This document shows, one piece after another, positions 1 to 12,229 of a DNA stretch of 64,000 nt (position 1 is the first letter of the stretch; every line of letters begins with the position of its first letter). The notes beneath the pieces are model-generated. The model did no database searches. It was not told where the DNA came from and saw only the letters and a list, made by a program, of their open reading frames with translations. Source of the DNA: Stylophora pistillata (Eukaryota). Location: positions 465,108 through 529,107 of the forward strand of contig NW_019217867.1 in assembly GCF_002571385.2 (NCBI RefSeq), in the 5' to 3' direction. Position numbers and translations under genes: made by a program.

Positions 1-2029
1 AACTGGTTTTTAAAAGCAGGTTTGTACATCAATGCATATCAGTCTTTGAAAAGCCGCATCTGCAAGAGAGAAAATTTTGCATGACAAATGGCGATTAAGT
101 CGATTGGCGACCTGGAACAAAGAACAGCATGTGCGAAAATCTCTGGAGGCATTGTCTTCAGAACTGATATTACCTGCAGTCGCCTATTCAGTAATGTATT
201 CACAACATCGTGCTTGCGACGTTCTTATCATCTTCAACCGATCAACATAAAAAACATTTTGTAGTGCCTGCTAGCAAGCCCTCCAGAGGCTCCCAAAGGG
301 TTCCCAGGGCTGAGTGCAGTATGTATAATTTGAATATTGAGTAGGATAGCTTCCATGCTAAAAGTCCTACTTCATGTTTGACTTTCCATAGGACAGGATT
401 TTATAACAGTTTGACAGAGTGCGGTGAATAATAGTTGGTTCGTTGAAGAAAGCAAAAACTGATCAACTCAGTCTACAGTTTTTCACAATAACCAGATATG
501 GTTTGGTCTGGTCTTTTCGGTTCCAGCACAGAAATAATTTCCAAAAATATACATTGCTATCTTTTCTTTGGCTATGGAAAAATTGCATGCATGCATGAAT
601 CATTCTGACTTGATGTCTCGATCCGTTTTTCTTGTATCATGTAATACTAAGATCGAAACAAGAAGACTAGCGCTGAAACCAAGCTTAAAATGGTCTGTGT
701 CATCTAGCTTTCCGGCTATGACCTCGCCATCGGGAAGTTGTAGTTGAAATAAGTCACCGTTCGTTTAATTTGCAAATTTACCTTTACTGTTGAACTTTAC
801 ATTAAATGCTATCCTGATTAATCCTCTTCTTCCCCAGACATTACGTTACTTGTGAGCTTGTCTTTACTTATTTTATGTTAACCTGTCATACCGAGATCAA
901 GCAGACTGAAACCCCTTTTCGTCTTCGAAACAATTATCTATCTCACCATACTAAATGACCAAAAACTGCCAAATATTCCGCTCCTTTACATATACGTACG
1001 AAGATACGTTAACGTAAACATTTTTTCTTTCATTCATCCGCTTTCTCCTTTGAGAGTAAAGTTTCCAATTTTTTCCTTTTCAAATCGGTATCAACTCATC
1101 TTTAACGCATTAGTCAAGTACCTCCACGACTCCTTGCGCCGATTTTCAGATGATTTTTACTGTTGTGCAATTTCTTGTGACAAAAAATTACAGAGTAATC
1201 ATATTTGGACTGAATCAAAAGTGATAATGCTATATGTTTTCTCCCTCTGCTGTCCTTCTGTATTGTTTCAAACCAAAAATCAGTATATCTAAGAAACAAC
1301 TTACCTAGTATACGGCTAATGGCGGTATCCGTTTCTTGATGAAACCATTGCCATCAGTAACATTGTAGGACTCGCTGTTACTTCAATTGCTCTATTTCAA
1401 CTTGTTTTTACATTTTAATAGATTGATATAATTTAGATTGCTTCATTGTGTTTTTTCTTAAGGAAAAGCACGCATCTTAACCACATGCTGTTTAAAGTCT
1501 GATCTCGTCATGAATGCACAGAGGGGTGCCTTATCCTTTTCATTACCCAGAATAAACAACTTAGTAATTCAGGTACAGGTACCTGCAAAAACGATTACCA
1601 AAAAATATGCAGACAGGGCTAGCTGGAAATGCACCCATTTGATGGTTTGGGTTATCTTAGCTCTTAATTATCATTAGATTAACGGGTATTAAAAGAACTG
1701 CTCGGCACGGTCCTTATGGGGTCTTTGTGAATATAACCCCATTTGGAAGAACCAACAATGAGAGAAATTCCGTTACCACCATTGTTATTCTTAGCACATG
1801 AGTTCTACTAACGCTGCATGGTGCAAGTGGGAAATGAAGCCATTCTGTTTTTGTTTAAACTATTCATGATACACCGTTGTGAGTTTTTCAATGACAGTCA
1901 GCCAATTGTTTCTTTCTGGCGTGGATGACTGAAATAGTTTTCATAACAAAATGGCTCAATAATCATACCACTTAGGGCCATACATGTCTATGTGACTTAT
2001 ATCGGAACGCATCGCCCATCAGATTTTAC

Positions 2030-2566
2030 CTTCGATAATTTGAACCAGATTTCTTAATGTTGGACAAGCTATTTGAATATTGGACTAGAGCTAAAAAAAA
2101 TTAGCCATAAAATAGCTCTAGTCTGTAAAAGCCACCCATACTTCTCGTGAAAAGGGTCATTCTAATTTCCAAAAAAAGGACCAATTTATTTTCACCATGA
2201 TCTAGAAAGTAGCCGAAGACATGCCCAATTCTCTTGCAGAATGCCCATATGTTTTATTATTGGGTTTCTGCTAAGAGAGCCGGCTTTTTGCATCGGATGA
2301 CGGGACTTCAAACTGTTTCAGTCCCATTCCGACTTTAACAGATCATCTCCAGTGGCACTACACACTACTTCTGATTATTGACGCTGAAAATAACGAAACG
2401 AAAAAAGAAGAAGCAGAAAAAGTACAGGTAGTCGTATCGTATGATTAAAATGTAAACATGTCTCTAAGAAACAATTTATCTCTTCCTGGGTACTAGCCAA
2501 ATAAACTCATCCCCCTCGCGTACGTACATTACCTCTTCTTATCGATGAAGAAAACGGCTCGCTCAT
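2030..2566 (-). other. Possible first exons of a divergently transcribed spliced gene or lncRNA running off the left edge
   Basis: aaatATG at 2566 opens MSEPFSSSIRR followed by donor G|gtaatg (2533). Strong acceptors lie at ~2383 and 2091, and exon 2030-2090 is open in the matching phase (ALVQYSNSLSNIKKSGSNYR). Other exon-like pieces contain stops and no homology is recognised. Confidence 0.3.
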
Positions 2567-2599
2567 ATTTCAAGATGTAGCTCAGTTATTGCCACGAAG

Positions 2600-2855
2600 G
2601 CAGCCAGCGCATGAAAATTAGCTACCTTTATGACGTAACAATGACTAGCTCCACGTAATTGCTTGAATGTGACTTGGATTTTCATCGAGAGGAAATTTCA
2701 GTCTGTGCGCACATATGCGCCTTCTGTCCTCCCCTAACATCCGGTAAGGTTCCTTTTACACGTGATCAACGAACGCGCATTGGTGGAAATTTGATGAACT
2801 TTGACCGCGAAACTAGACACACCGCCACTATGAGGCTCGAAGATCACATGTAAAC
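2600..2855. promoter_or_regulatory. Putative (bidirectional) promoter upstream of the STARD7-like gene
   Basis: Locally CpG-rich stretch with TGACGTAA (CRE/ATF-like, ~2630), TGCGCACATATGCGC (NRF1-like, ~2706) and CACGTG (E-box, ~2759), lying between two divergent ATGs. Motif resemblance only. Confidence 0.4.
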
Positions 2856-2948
2856 ATGGCGGCTGTGTGTAGGAGATCTCACTCGTTCTTTTACCATCTT
2901 TTGGGTTCTTTACCGTGAACGATCCTCACATTTTATCTGAGAAAAGGA

Positions 2949-4288
2949 ATGGCAGCAACAGGGCCGTACATAATCTACAAGTCTTCCCAGTTCTGCGCTG
3001 CTGTTCGTTGCAATGTTGGCTTCGATCATCCACTTCGCAAGCGAATTCGTGAAGTCGAGTTCCCTTTTCCAAAAGGAGCAGACACGCTGCCTCTTCGGCT
3101 TAATCTGGAAAGTTTGAGTTCCGCAGTTAATGAAATATGCCAGCAGATGAGAGAAAGAAGAGAAAAATACTTGCTTCAGAGACAGAGCATCAAGCAACGA
3201 AGAAAAGGTTTTTGCGAAGATTTTTATGCAGAGAAGACAGAAGGAAATCTGAGTTACGAAAACCAGTTGGCAAACCGGGACATTCGCCTTCTTGGTGCTG
3301 GTGGATTTTTGTGGGATAGGGAGCGAGTTACGGATTATGAACTGTTCAGGTTAGTTACGTTTGTAATCAATAATAATTATTCTTGAGTTGAACAGATTAA
3401 CTTTCTTGTTGTAAATGTGTCTATTGAAAATGTTTCACAATCAGTCATCGAGCAGGTCTCAGTCAAGCTTCCTAGTTATGCTGTGTGCTCCAAGTCAAAT
3501 CTCTTTCAAATCCCATTTGTCATGTAAACCCGTAAATTTGCACCAGATCTTCATGTTTAGAATTTAACGTCTGATTTACATGTACACCCGAGAGTCGATC
3601 AGCGAATTGCCAGAGCTACATGTAGGTAGGAAATTAAAATGTTGAACGTTTTAAGACTTGAGTTTTTTGTCTGGTATTACATAAGTTGTTTTAATTTCCA
3701 AGGGGCGCTCATTGTGGTTACGATGATTGTTGTTGTTTGGCTGTTTGTATTTCTTTGAGATTTGGTTCGTGCTTAGCTGGTGTATGCTGGACGTTTGGAG
3801 GGCAAGGAAAATAAAAACGAGTTACCTGAGCATAGCAAACAACAACATCAGTGTGAGCGAAGGAAGGTTCTGATAAAAATAAATAAGAAACAGAAAGAGT
3901 GGATGATATATTCCCAGCCTGAATAAGCTTAAAATCCAGAACATTAGACTAGTAGAGCCATACAGAATGGTAGTCACCACTTATTATTAACTGCAGAGTC
4001 TTTTAGGTGAAGCTGTGCTCTCTATCCAGATGTCAATACTCCCCTACCTTTCCACTTTCTCTAGCCGTCAGCTAAGCTTCCCACCCTGCAACCCTTAAAG
4101 TTTACTACACTGCCTTCTTCTTCCTTTTTATCCTGCCTTATTACCCTTTGCTTTGATAATTTGTAAATTATATACATGTAACTTACCCTTTAACTCCCAT
4201 TGGTGACCAAGACTGGATTTATGCTTACAGTATCAATACAATATCAAGCAGACAAGTCATGAGAATAGCCAAAAATACCAATCAATTA

Positions 4289-4349
<61 letters not shown>

Positions 4350-4480
4350 TGTATATGAGCCAATATACCATAATCTAATACCTGTACATTGTAACATCCA
4401 GTTTCTTCTAACAAAATAAAGTCGAGAAGATTTGTCTAATGTCTTGGGGGTGTTTTTTTTTTTGTTTTTTTTTAATAAAA

Positions 4481-4517
<37 letters not shown>

Positions 4518-7500
4518 TATAGCCAACTCAGCGCTACACGCCTTGTTGGCTATCTATCATCTCATATCCAATGCACACTCATAGAATATTTATTATTCAA
4601 TCAAATAACAAATAATTATTGGTTGAACCAACCTCAAAAGAATTGTATTGCCTATGGTAAGGAGGATTACTAGTGAGATTTTAGGGGTGGAAATTGTAAT
4701 GGTTAATGTACTACAACTGTGTTGAAAGCATCTTACATGTACAGTACTTGTATTTTATACTATGTTTTAAGATATAATAAATCAACACTAGATATTATAC
4801 AAATGAGTTTTATTTTATGTTTCCAAGGTCAAAGGGGATTGTTGAAAATATGAGCGTGAGCCAAATACGTAATTTATATTAATGGGTAAACTATTTTAAC
4901 CCGTTAAATAGGAGATTTTTCATTCTGCAAATAAAAGGTANNNNNNNNNNNNNNNNNNNNNNNNNNNNNNNNNNNNNNNNNNNNNNNNNNNNNNNNNNNN
5001 NNNNNNNNNNNNNNNNNNNNNNNNNNNNNNNNNNNNNNNNNNNNNNNNNNNNNNNNNNNNNNNNNNNNNNNNNNNNNNNNNNNNNNNNNNNNNNNNNNNN
5101 NNNNNNNNNNNNNNNNNNNNNNNNNNNNNNNNNNNNNNNNNNNNNNNNNNNNNNNNNNNNNNNNNNNNNNNNNNNNNNNNNNNNNNNNNNNNNNNNNNNN
5201 NNNNNNNNNNNNNNNNNNNNNNNNNNNNNNNNNNNNNNNNNNNNNNNNNNNNNNNNNNNNNNNNNNNNNNNNNNNNNNNNNTATGGTACAAATTGATCAG
5301 GCTAAATCTCTATGGTACAAATTGATCAGGCTAAATCTCTATGGTACAAATTGATCAGGCTAAATCTCTATGGTACAAATTGATCAGGCTAAATCTCTAT
5401 GGTACAAATTGATCAGGCTAAATCTCTATGGTACAAATTGATCAGGCTAAATCTCTATGGTACAAATTGATCAGGCTAAATCTCTATGGTACAAATTGAT
5501 CAGGCTAAATCTGTATGGTACACATTGATCAGGCTAAATCTCTATGGTACAAATTGATCAGGCTAAATCTCTATGGTACAAATTGATCAGGCTAAATCTC
5601 TATGGTACATTTAGTGCATTCTGTTCATCAGTTATGAATGTACAGTGTAGGTTATAATCTTGGTGTAGAACATTCCAGTTTTTTAAGTTTGGCATTATTC
5701 TAGAACTTTGATCATGCTTGTTCCTCAGGTGTAAGAAGGAAAACTCTAGGAAAAGGAAGAGTGACAGAAGAAACAATGATAAAGAAGAATGGGAACACTT
5801 CATTAACCAACATCAGTTAGAGGTGTGGAGGAGGCCTATTAATACCACTGGGCTTTATGAATACAAAGGTAAGAGCTGTGATCGGGCATACAACTTTAAT
5901 TACCAACTACATTGTGGTGTATTCTTATTGTCTGAAACAAAGACCTTTTTTCATTGAGGAACCAGCAACATTCAACACAACTGTAGGTTCTAAGGAAGTT
6001 CTTGAAATACCTTTCCACAGTCTATACGACACTGTATATGTTTGAGGTACATTTTTTTTATAGTTGTGGTAGTTAACTTTCTAAAATAAATACTTAGGTG
6101 AGGTTGGAAATTCTAGGTGATCGTCTAAGTTTCTTATTCGTGGTTATCAAAGTTGCATTTAAATTTCAAAAACAGAAATGTATTGACTTCTGCTATATTT
6201 AATTTACATGTTTTAACTCAGTTTTCCTCACAGTTGGGTTTTACATGATTTCAGCATGCTCCTCAAAGAGTGAATGGGTTTTTAACAAAATATGTCATAT
6301 TGAAATGAAAATTATCATTTTACAATTACATGTACATTAACTTCTGCACTGTAAATATTTTTGAAACTTCTGACCTTTACATTTCTCTCTTCTCTTTGTA
6401 GTTTTTGGTACTTTCTTTGACATAAATGCAACATCCTTCTATAGAACTCAGGTAAGGAGAGGTTAATCAATTGAATAGTGTTCAACCTGTTAATTTCACA
6501 ATTACTCTTAGTGATGAGGGTAACATACTCTGATGATAAAAACTAATAGAGTGTTACTGTGTTCAATTATTAAACATTTGTCCATTTGATGATAAACCAC
6601 TCTATGACTTGATGACTTGCAAACAGTATTTGATCTCACATTGTGGTTGTAATCTTTCTCCAGAATCCTTCTTTCATTTGTCTCACACATTGGAATAGTT
6701 AGGAATTTAACCTTTCATGCGTTCAGAAATTCCCAGTGCTTGGCCGCAGTGTTCAGTTAGATACATGTACATGTAGTCAGAATCTCTTGAACAGTGTTAA
6801 TTGTGATTTATTTATTATCAGGTTGATAATGAGTACCGTTTATGCTGGGACCAGTTTGTGTTAAAACTTGATGTTGTTGACTCTGACCCTGTGACTGGAA
6901 CTGAAGTACTACACTGGGTCACAAAATTTCCTGTAAGTACAGCTGTACCTCATTTTTTATACCAAATTTTTTGGGGGGTTTTGTATTGTTTGTGTCTTTA
7001 AACTGGCTATTTACAAAATGCACTGTAGTGCAAACAATTTTTCAAGGCCCAGATGTTCAAAGGACAGATAATACTATCCTTGAGATAAGTGTTAGCAAAC
7101 ATACTATGACATCCATCAGATTGAGATTCGTCCTGAGGATAGGGTCATCCACTCTCCTCAAACAACTGGGTTCAGACCTTAATGTGATTCCTTGAAAATT
7201 AAAGTTATTGAACAAAATTCTTTTTAAACCTTTCCTTAAATGTTCCCTAACAATGTCTGTTTTGAAAAATACAATAAAAAAGATAGGTCACCAGGCTTGT
7301 TTAAGAGATACATGTATGATGTGCTAAACTTGGCCCATCTACACCTGTACTAGCATAAATATTGTGCATCATTTCATCACTTCATGGTACATTTTGCAGT
7401 TACTGTAAGCAAGGGTTTTTAACATGATGCTTGAAAAAAAAAAAGTTGATAGGTAGAAATTCAAGAGTATGGAACAATTTGAAATACATGTTTAACCCAT

Positions 7501-10500
7501 TAATGGCCGCAGCTTTTGTGGAAAACTGTGTTTTGAAGCTAGTCCAGCAGATTTCGGGTCACTGTTGGGGTTTTAAAAGCTCGAACTTACCAAAAACCAC
7601 TTGACAGCTCGTGCACTCGACGGCCTTTCGATCCAAATGCAAAATGGCGGCCTGAAAATCTCGGGCACGCGCAGAGAGCAAAATTTCGACATAGTTTTTG
7701 GGTTGAAAAGTCACGCCCCACTTACGACTTCTACTTTTCTCTCTTTCTCCTGCCCTTTTTTTCCCCTCTCCTTGCCTAAAGTTTCTCCTCACTTGCTGGA
7801 AATTGAGTAGGCTTCATTTTGGTGTAGAGATTTTTCAGAAACTACTCATTATTTTCAAAGCACATGCTCGGAAAGGTAGGTGGGTAGTGAAACACGATCT
7901 TCGTGCAGATTTTCCAGTCAAAGTGACACGGTTTTTTGGCTATTTCTCCAATCTCCTCCACTCAATTGCGCTCATTCTGGTATCGTCTGCAAGATATTTT
8001 CAACCCGTTCAAGTACATGCTCGAATTCGTGCTCCAGAGTTAAAATTGATGACGTCACAGGGCGTAGAAAGGGTGTGGGTCCCCATGGGCGCATACGGGC
8101 GCACTGGACGTTAATGGGTTAATTTGTGAAAAAAAAAACACAATTTTAAACAATATGGACTTGAAGAGTTCCTCAAGTCATTTCTTTGAAGGTTGTAATT
8201 TGCACCCTTGAGTAACAGGATTCATGCACATTTTTAGTGATATATATATTTTTTCCCTTTAATTTTTTTTTACTTCTCCAATTTCTAGGGGAAAATTTGC
8301 TCACCAAAATAATTATGCAATAAAGAATATAGGTCAGCATGTGCATTCAAAAGCTAAAGACCATAGTTCAGGATGCACAGTGCAATACTGAGGAATCACC
8401 TTAACTGTACCACTACAAATGTACATGCAGGTGTGCATGTTTAGTGACCATGAAGTTAACTTTAAAATGTCAATCTGCAGAGTGTATGAAAACTGTCCTT
8501 ATTCATAGAGCATTATCAGTAAATTATTTAAGTTATTAAAATGATTGATCCAGACAACAGAGATGATAATTTGGAATGTTGTATCCAATAGTATTATTGT
8601 TAGCTTTTTTTCTTTTGTTATTTATAGTATCCATTGAGAAATAGAGATTATGTGTTTGTAAGAAGAGGGAAGGTAAGTTGATGGAGATGGTTTTACAAAA
8701 GGGTTTTAGTCAGTTAGAACTGCCAACCTTCACCCACAGGCTATGATATGTTCTCTCCTTTTCAGCAATCATTTTAAGAGTAACCCAGAAGGTTGACAGT
8801 AACCCCAACAGCATACAATTAATCAGTCAGTTTGAAAAAAAGAAAGAATATACTCAAGGAGATCTTTGAAAAGCTTAGAAAATAGGAAGAAGGTAAATTT
8901 ATTAGTTACCGTGGTACAGTAATATTTATCCATTAAGATTTGACATACTTATGCCCACATTTCAGATTGATCATAATTCAAGGACAATGGTTCTGGTTTC
9001 AAGGTGAGCAACAGAGTAATGTTACATGTACCTTTTCTGTCAACATGATTTTGTTGTGTAGGGTAACCTTACATTTCTTTAAGAATGACCCACTATTTGT
9101 ACCACAAGTGTTGCCTACTGATCTTCTGTGAACTCCATTAACATGTACAGGTACACATACCAATGTGTTTGTTGTTACAATAATATGACCACCTGTTAAT
9201 TAAGCAATCATTTCCCTTAAATTCCCCCTGTACTTAGGTGCAAGCTGTAGTATACAAGCTGAATATAACTGTTTATTTCTGTGACATACTGAACATACCT
9301 GTTATGATATATCCAGGGCAACTTGTCACCCACTCTGCCCAGAGAGTAGTGAACATGTGCGAGTGCCAAGCTACCACTCCAGCATGGTGATTGTACCACA
9401 TAAAACATTTGATGAGGTGAGACAAGCTTTTACGAATATGTTTCAGTAGTCATACATGTACAGTAAGGGGGTGGTTCAAAATTTTTCTTCAAATTTTTTT
9501 AAAAATATGAAACTACATGAACAAGGTGATCTTGCACATAAAAAAAAGATGAAATTTCAATTGAGTTAGTAGTACTGAATACATGTAAGAGGACCAACTA
9601 CAACTGCTGTATTCTTGCCCTCTGCAAACTTTGTACTACCCACAATAGAAAAGTTGATTGTTTTCCTTCACAATTCTAGAACTTAGACCAACACGGTCAC
9701 AATCAATTTCTTTTTTAAGTTCACATTTTGCATTGTTTACTTTGTAGGATGGCTTGGACTTTGTTCTGTCTTACTTTGATGATCCTAAGACGAACTTTCC
9801 ATCTTATTGCATGAACGTTTTGACGAGCACAAGTAAGTGTGACTACAGTTACTGGAATCTGCTTTATAATATGGTTCCCCTGGGTTTTGATAATGCTGTA
9901 CCTGGTAACCCTTTTCTTGCAAGGTCCTTATGTTTCTCTAAGGCTTCCAACATGTACATGCATTGGCTTGAGTTCATCCTACCTAGGATAAGAGTGCACA
10001 TGTATACAGTCTAAGCGCAGGTCTCTGAATGTACTTGTTTTACCTCATTATAAAACTAATTTTTCAAAGAGCATGGCGAGTGAAAGAAAACAGGTCACAT
10101 CATTTTAGTAAAAGAGTTTCCCGCTGCTTTTGTGCTACCATTTTATTTAGAAGTAGGGATACTATATAAATTATTTGAAGTTTTGAGTGAAATTTTTTTC
10201 AGTGACTCGTCTAGACTAGGAACAATACCTCCTCGTTGGCTTAGCCAAGAATTGAGTTGAAAGAAATAACTTGAAAATAAGCAACCACAGAGCAAACTTT
10301 TAGAGCAGAAGTTTGTGGTACCTCTGTATATTTTGGTGATACTTTTTTGACTTGAAATTGAGACTTAGCTGGGAGAGAAGGCTGACTCGCCTGCCCATGT
10401 CATACATTCACATGAACTCGTACATTTCTCAAGTTCAAATACAGGGAAAACCTGTTTATCTTGAATGATAACAATTTATCTTTCAAGTTTGTTTAGCCGA

Positions 10501-10813
10501 AGGCCTCATTTACCTTTCAATTGAGTTATTTATTCAGCCTTATTTATCTCTATAATTTTTGTTATTCACCATCCAGTAGGTCCGTATTGGGAAAAACTGT
10601 GCCCGAGTTCTTGAGTACCGTGATATAGGAACGCGCTAAGAACCCGTCAGATTGCAGAATTCGTTACTCTGAGAAAAAAAGAGATTTCCTTATTCTACTG
10701 ATTTTGATTTATAAATTCCTTTTTTTGCAGATCTTCCAACCTTTATTGAAACACTGCATAATGCAGCTGCTGGTTTGAATCAACACCAGGAAAAAATGCT
10801 ACAAGCCAGTTGA
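2949..10813 (+). CDS. STARD7: StAR-related lipid transfer protein 7-like (START domain, phosphatidylcholine transfer), 9 exons: 2949-3349, 5729-5868, 6402-6451, 6822-6932, 8628-8672, 8966-9003, 9317-9416, 9748-9832, 10731-10813
   Basis: All introns are GT-AG with consistent phases. The spliced product reads FLWDRERVTDYELFR, EVWRRPINTTGLYEYKVFGTFFDINATSFYRTQVDNEYRLCWDQFVLKLDVVDSDPVTGTEVLHWVTKFPYPLRNRDYVFVRR, MVLVSRATCHPLCPESSEHVRVPSYHSSMVIVPHKTFDEDGLDFVLSYFDDPKTNFPSYC, LPTFIETLHNAA. This closely follows the STARD7 sequence as I recall it. The start codon is uncertain (see finding). Confidence 0.92.
4285..4590. mobile_element. Interspersed element ending in a long hairpin, inserted in an older TTAA-type MITE (approximately 4183-4706)
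   Basis: Hairpin TTGGATATGAGATGATTATAGCCAAC...GTTGGCTATCTATCATCTCATATCCAA begins after AACAATTATT. The flanks have TTACCCTTTAACTCCC (left) and ...ATGGTTAA (right), i.e. degenerate termini. Confidence 0.55.
5282..5609. repeat. Minisatellite, 29-bp unit TATGGTACAAATTGATCAGGCTAAATCTC, about 11 copies, continuing into an N gap
   Basis: Head-to-tail near-identical units with no spacers, in STARD7 intron 1. Confidence 0.97.
7496..8118. mobile_element. Non-autonomous piggyBac-like DNA element (MITE)
   Basis: TTAA|CCCATTAATGGCC ... GGACGTTAATGGG|TTAA: TTAA target duplication, CCC/GGG termini and an imperfect 13-bp TIR. The interior is GC-richer than the flanks and lacks a transposase. Confidence 0.75.
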
Positions 10814-12077
10814 AACACTATTATCGCAACTTGACGACAAAATGAACATTAGAATTATGGAAACGATGTTGCGGAAAATTTAACTTTCAGCAAAGCCAGT
10901 TAAATATTTTCGCGAATCATAAATTGATCTACCTTTCTGCACTAGCTTGAGACAAGTAGGTTTGAAACTTTGAGGATGCACTGTGTGCAGAGTTGGGACG
11001 ATTTATCAAGAGAGTTGTGAAGCTACCGTGGTTTCAAAGTATCTCACCTCGTAACGGTGTGTGGGATGAAAGCAGCCCAAAATAAAGACTATTTTGGAAA
11101 AATAAGAAAGTATTAAATAAGAAAACATTGTCCACTCAAAATGAAGTTATGTAGAAAAACGTACACTCTATTTTTGGTATAATGTTGATTAAATACAACT
11201 GCGGCACTCAAGACGCGTAGTGTTTTGTAGTGAGATTGTCCTTCGATAATTAAACATATTTTCTCGCGAAGGTACAGAGCTAGCTAAATGTGTTAAATAT
11301 TAGTGGGAAATTGTATCAGAAGTTATTTTTAAAATGAATTATGTAATCGGAATTTAGTGCAACGACGAAACCGACTGCTTCTGATAACTGCAAGCAGAGC
11401 ATGAAGACATACACATGTAATTAGCCCGACGTATATCACCTCTCGTCTAAAAAAGGAAAGAAGGGAAGAATAGAAAAACACTTAGAAGTGCGTTTGGAAT
11501 GACCGTCCGAAGTAAGTATGACAGTAGCACGAAAAACAAAATTTCCGGAAACGGGAAGCTTCTGAAGCCAGCAGGTTGCCATTGGAAGGTATAGGTTAGA
11601 AGGTGTATTTTTTTTGTATGAACAACCAAAATTTCAAATATAATGGAGAATGACGTATTTATTTCACACTTCCAGTACTTAGAGGCTTACAATTTCTACG
11701 TTTCTTCGTGATAAATATTATCCCAAGACCTTACATCCCTTAGCGAGTTAAATATCCTGGCCTCTAAGGCGCTTTGCGGGATAAGAATTCGCTCTCAAGA
11801 GTCAAGTTGCATAGACAAAAAACGCGGAAACAGAGAGTGAACTACAAAGCAACGACGTGGAAAGACTACCTCGGACCTCAAGTTACTAGGTCGGAAGATG
11901 CGTTTTTAGATAAGGATCATTTGTTGGGGTTATAGAAGCCTTATTTTTTTTTTCACGTTGAACTCTTTACTTCGGCATTGGAATGAAAATCAACGCTCTC
12001 AAGACGGAATCACACACGAGTGAACATGTATACTAAATAAATAGCACGATATGTACTCTTTTCCTTCGGGGGAACTT

Positions 12078-12229
12078 TTACACACTGGAGACTTGTTCGT
12101 CTTCGCAAGCGATCTTGTGCCGGTGCCAGTCCATCGCTTGGCAGTCTCGGCTACAGTAACCACGCCTGTGACACGCAGAGCAATGGAAATGAGCTGCAGC
12201 ACCACATGGACAAAACAGAAGCGCTGCTT
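12078..12229 (-). CDS. Terminal exon: MYND-type zinc finger, ending in ...VSSV-stop
   Basis: CPCGAAAHFHCSACHRRGYCSRDCQAMDWHRHKIAC matches the MYND C..C-x7-CxxC-x4-YCSxxCQxxDWxxHKxxC pattern (first pair spaced CxC). Acceptor ttcag at 12230-12234, phase 1. Confidence 0.9.

Noticed and set aside
2916-2918. TGA as a selenocysteine codon in STARD7
   Set aside because: It lies in a presequence-like segment with no redox context, STARD7 is not a known selenoprotein, and I could not identify a SECIS by eye in the 3'UTR (not computationally excluded).
4257-4526. 89-aa ORF MAIIISYPTSASGIIVLLK
   Set aside because: It lies entirely within a hairpin-bearing interspersed repeat in an intron. The same applies to the ORFs in 7559-8122 (MITE) and 52819-53061 (microsatellite).
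5282-5609. 29-bp repeat array as a CRISPR array
   Set aside because: The units are contiguous with no unique spacers, there are no cas genes, and the array lies in a eukaryotic intron. It is a minisatellite, as are 12301-12417 and 13717-13896.
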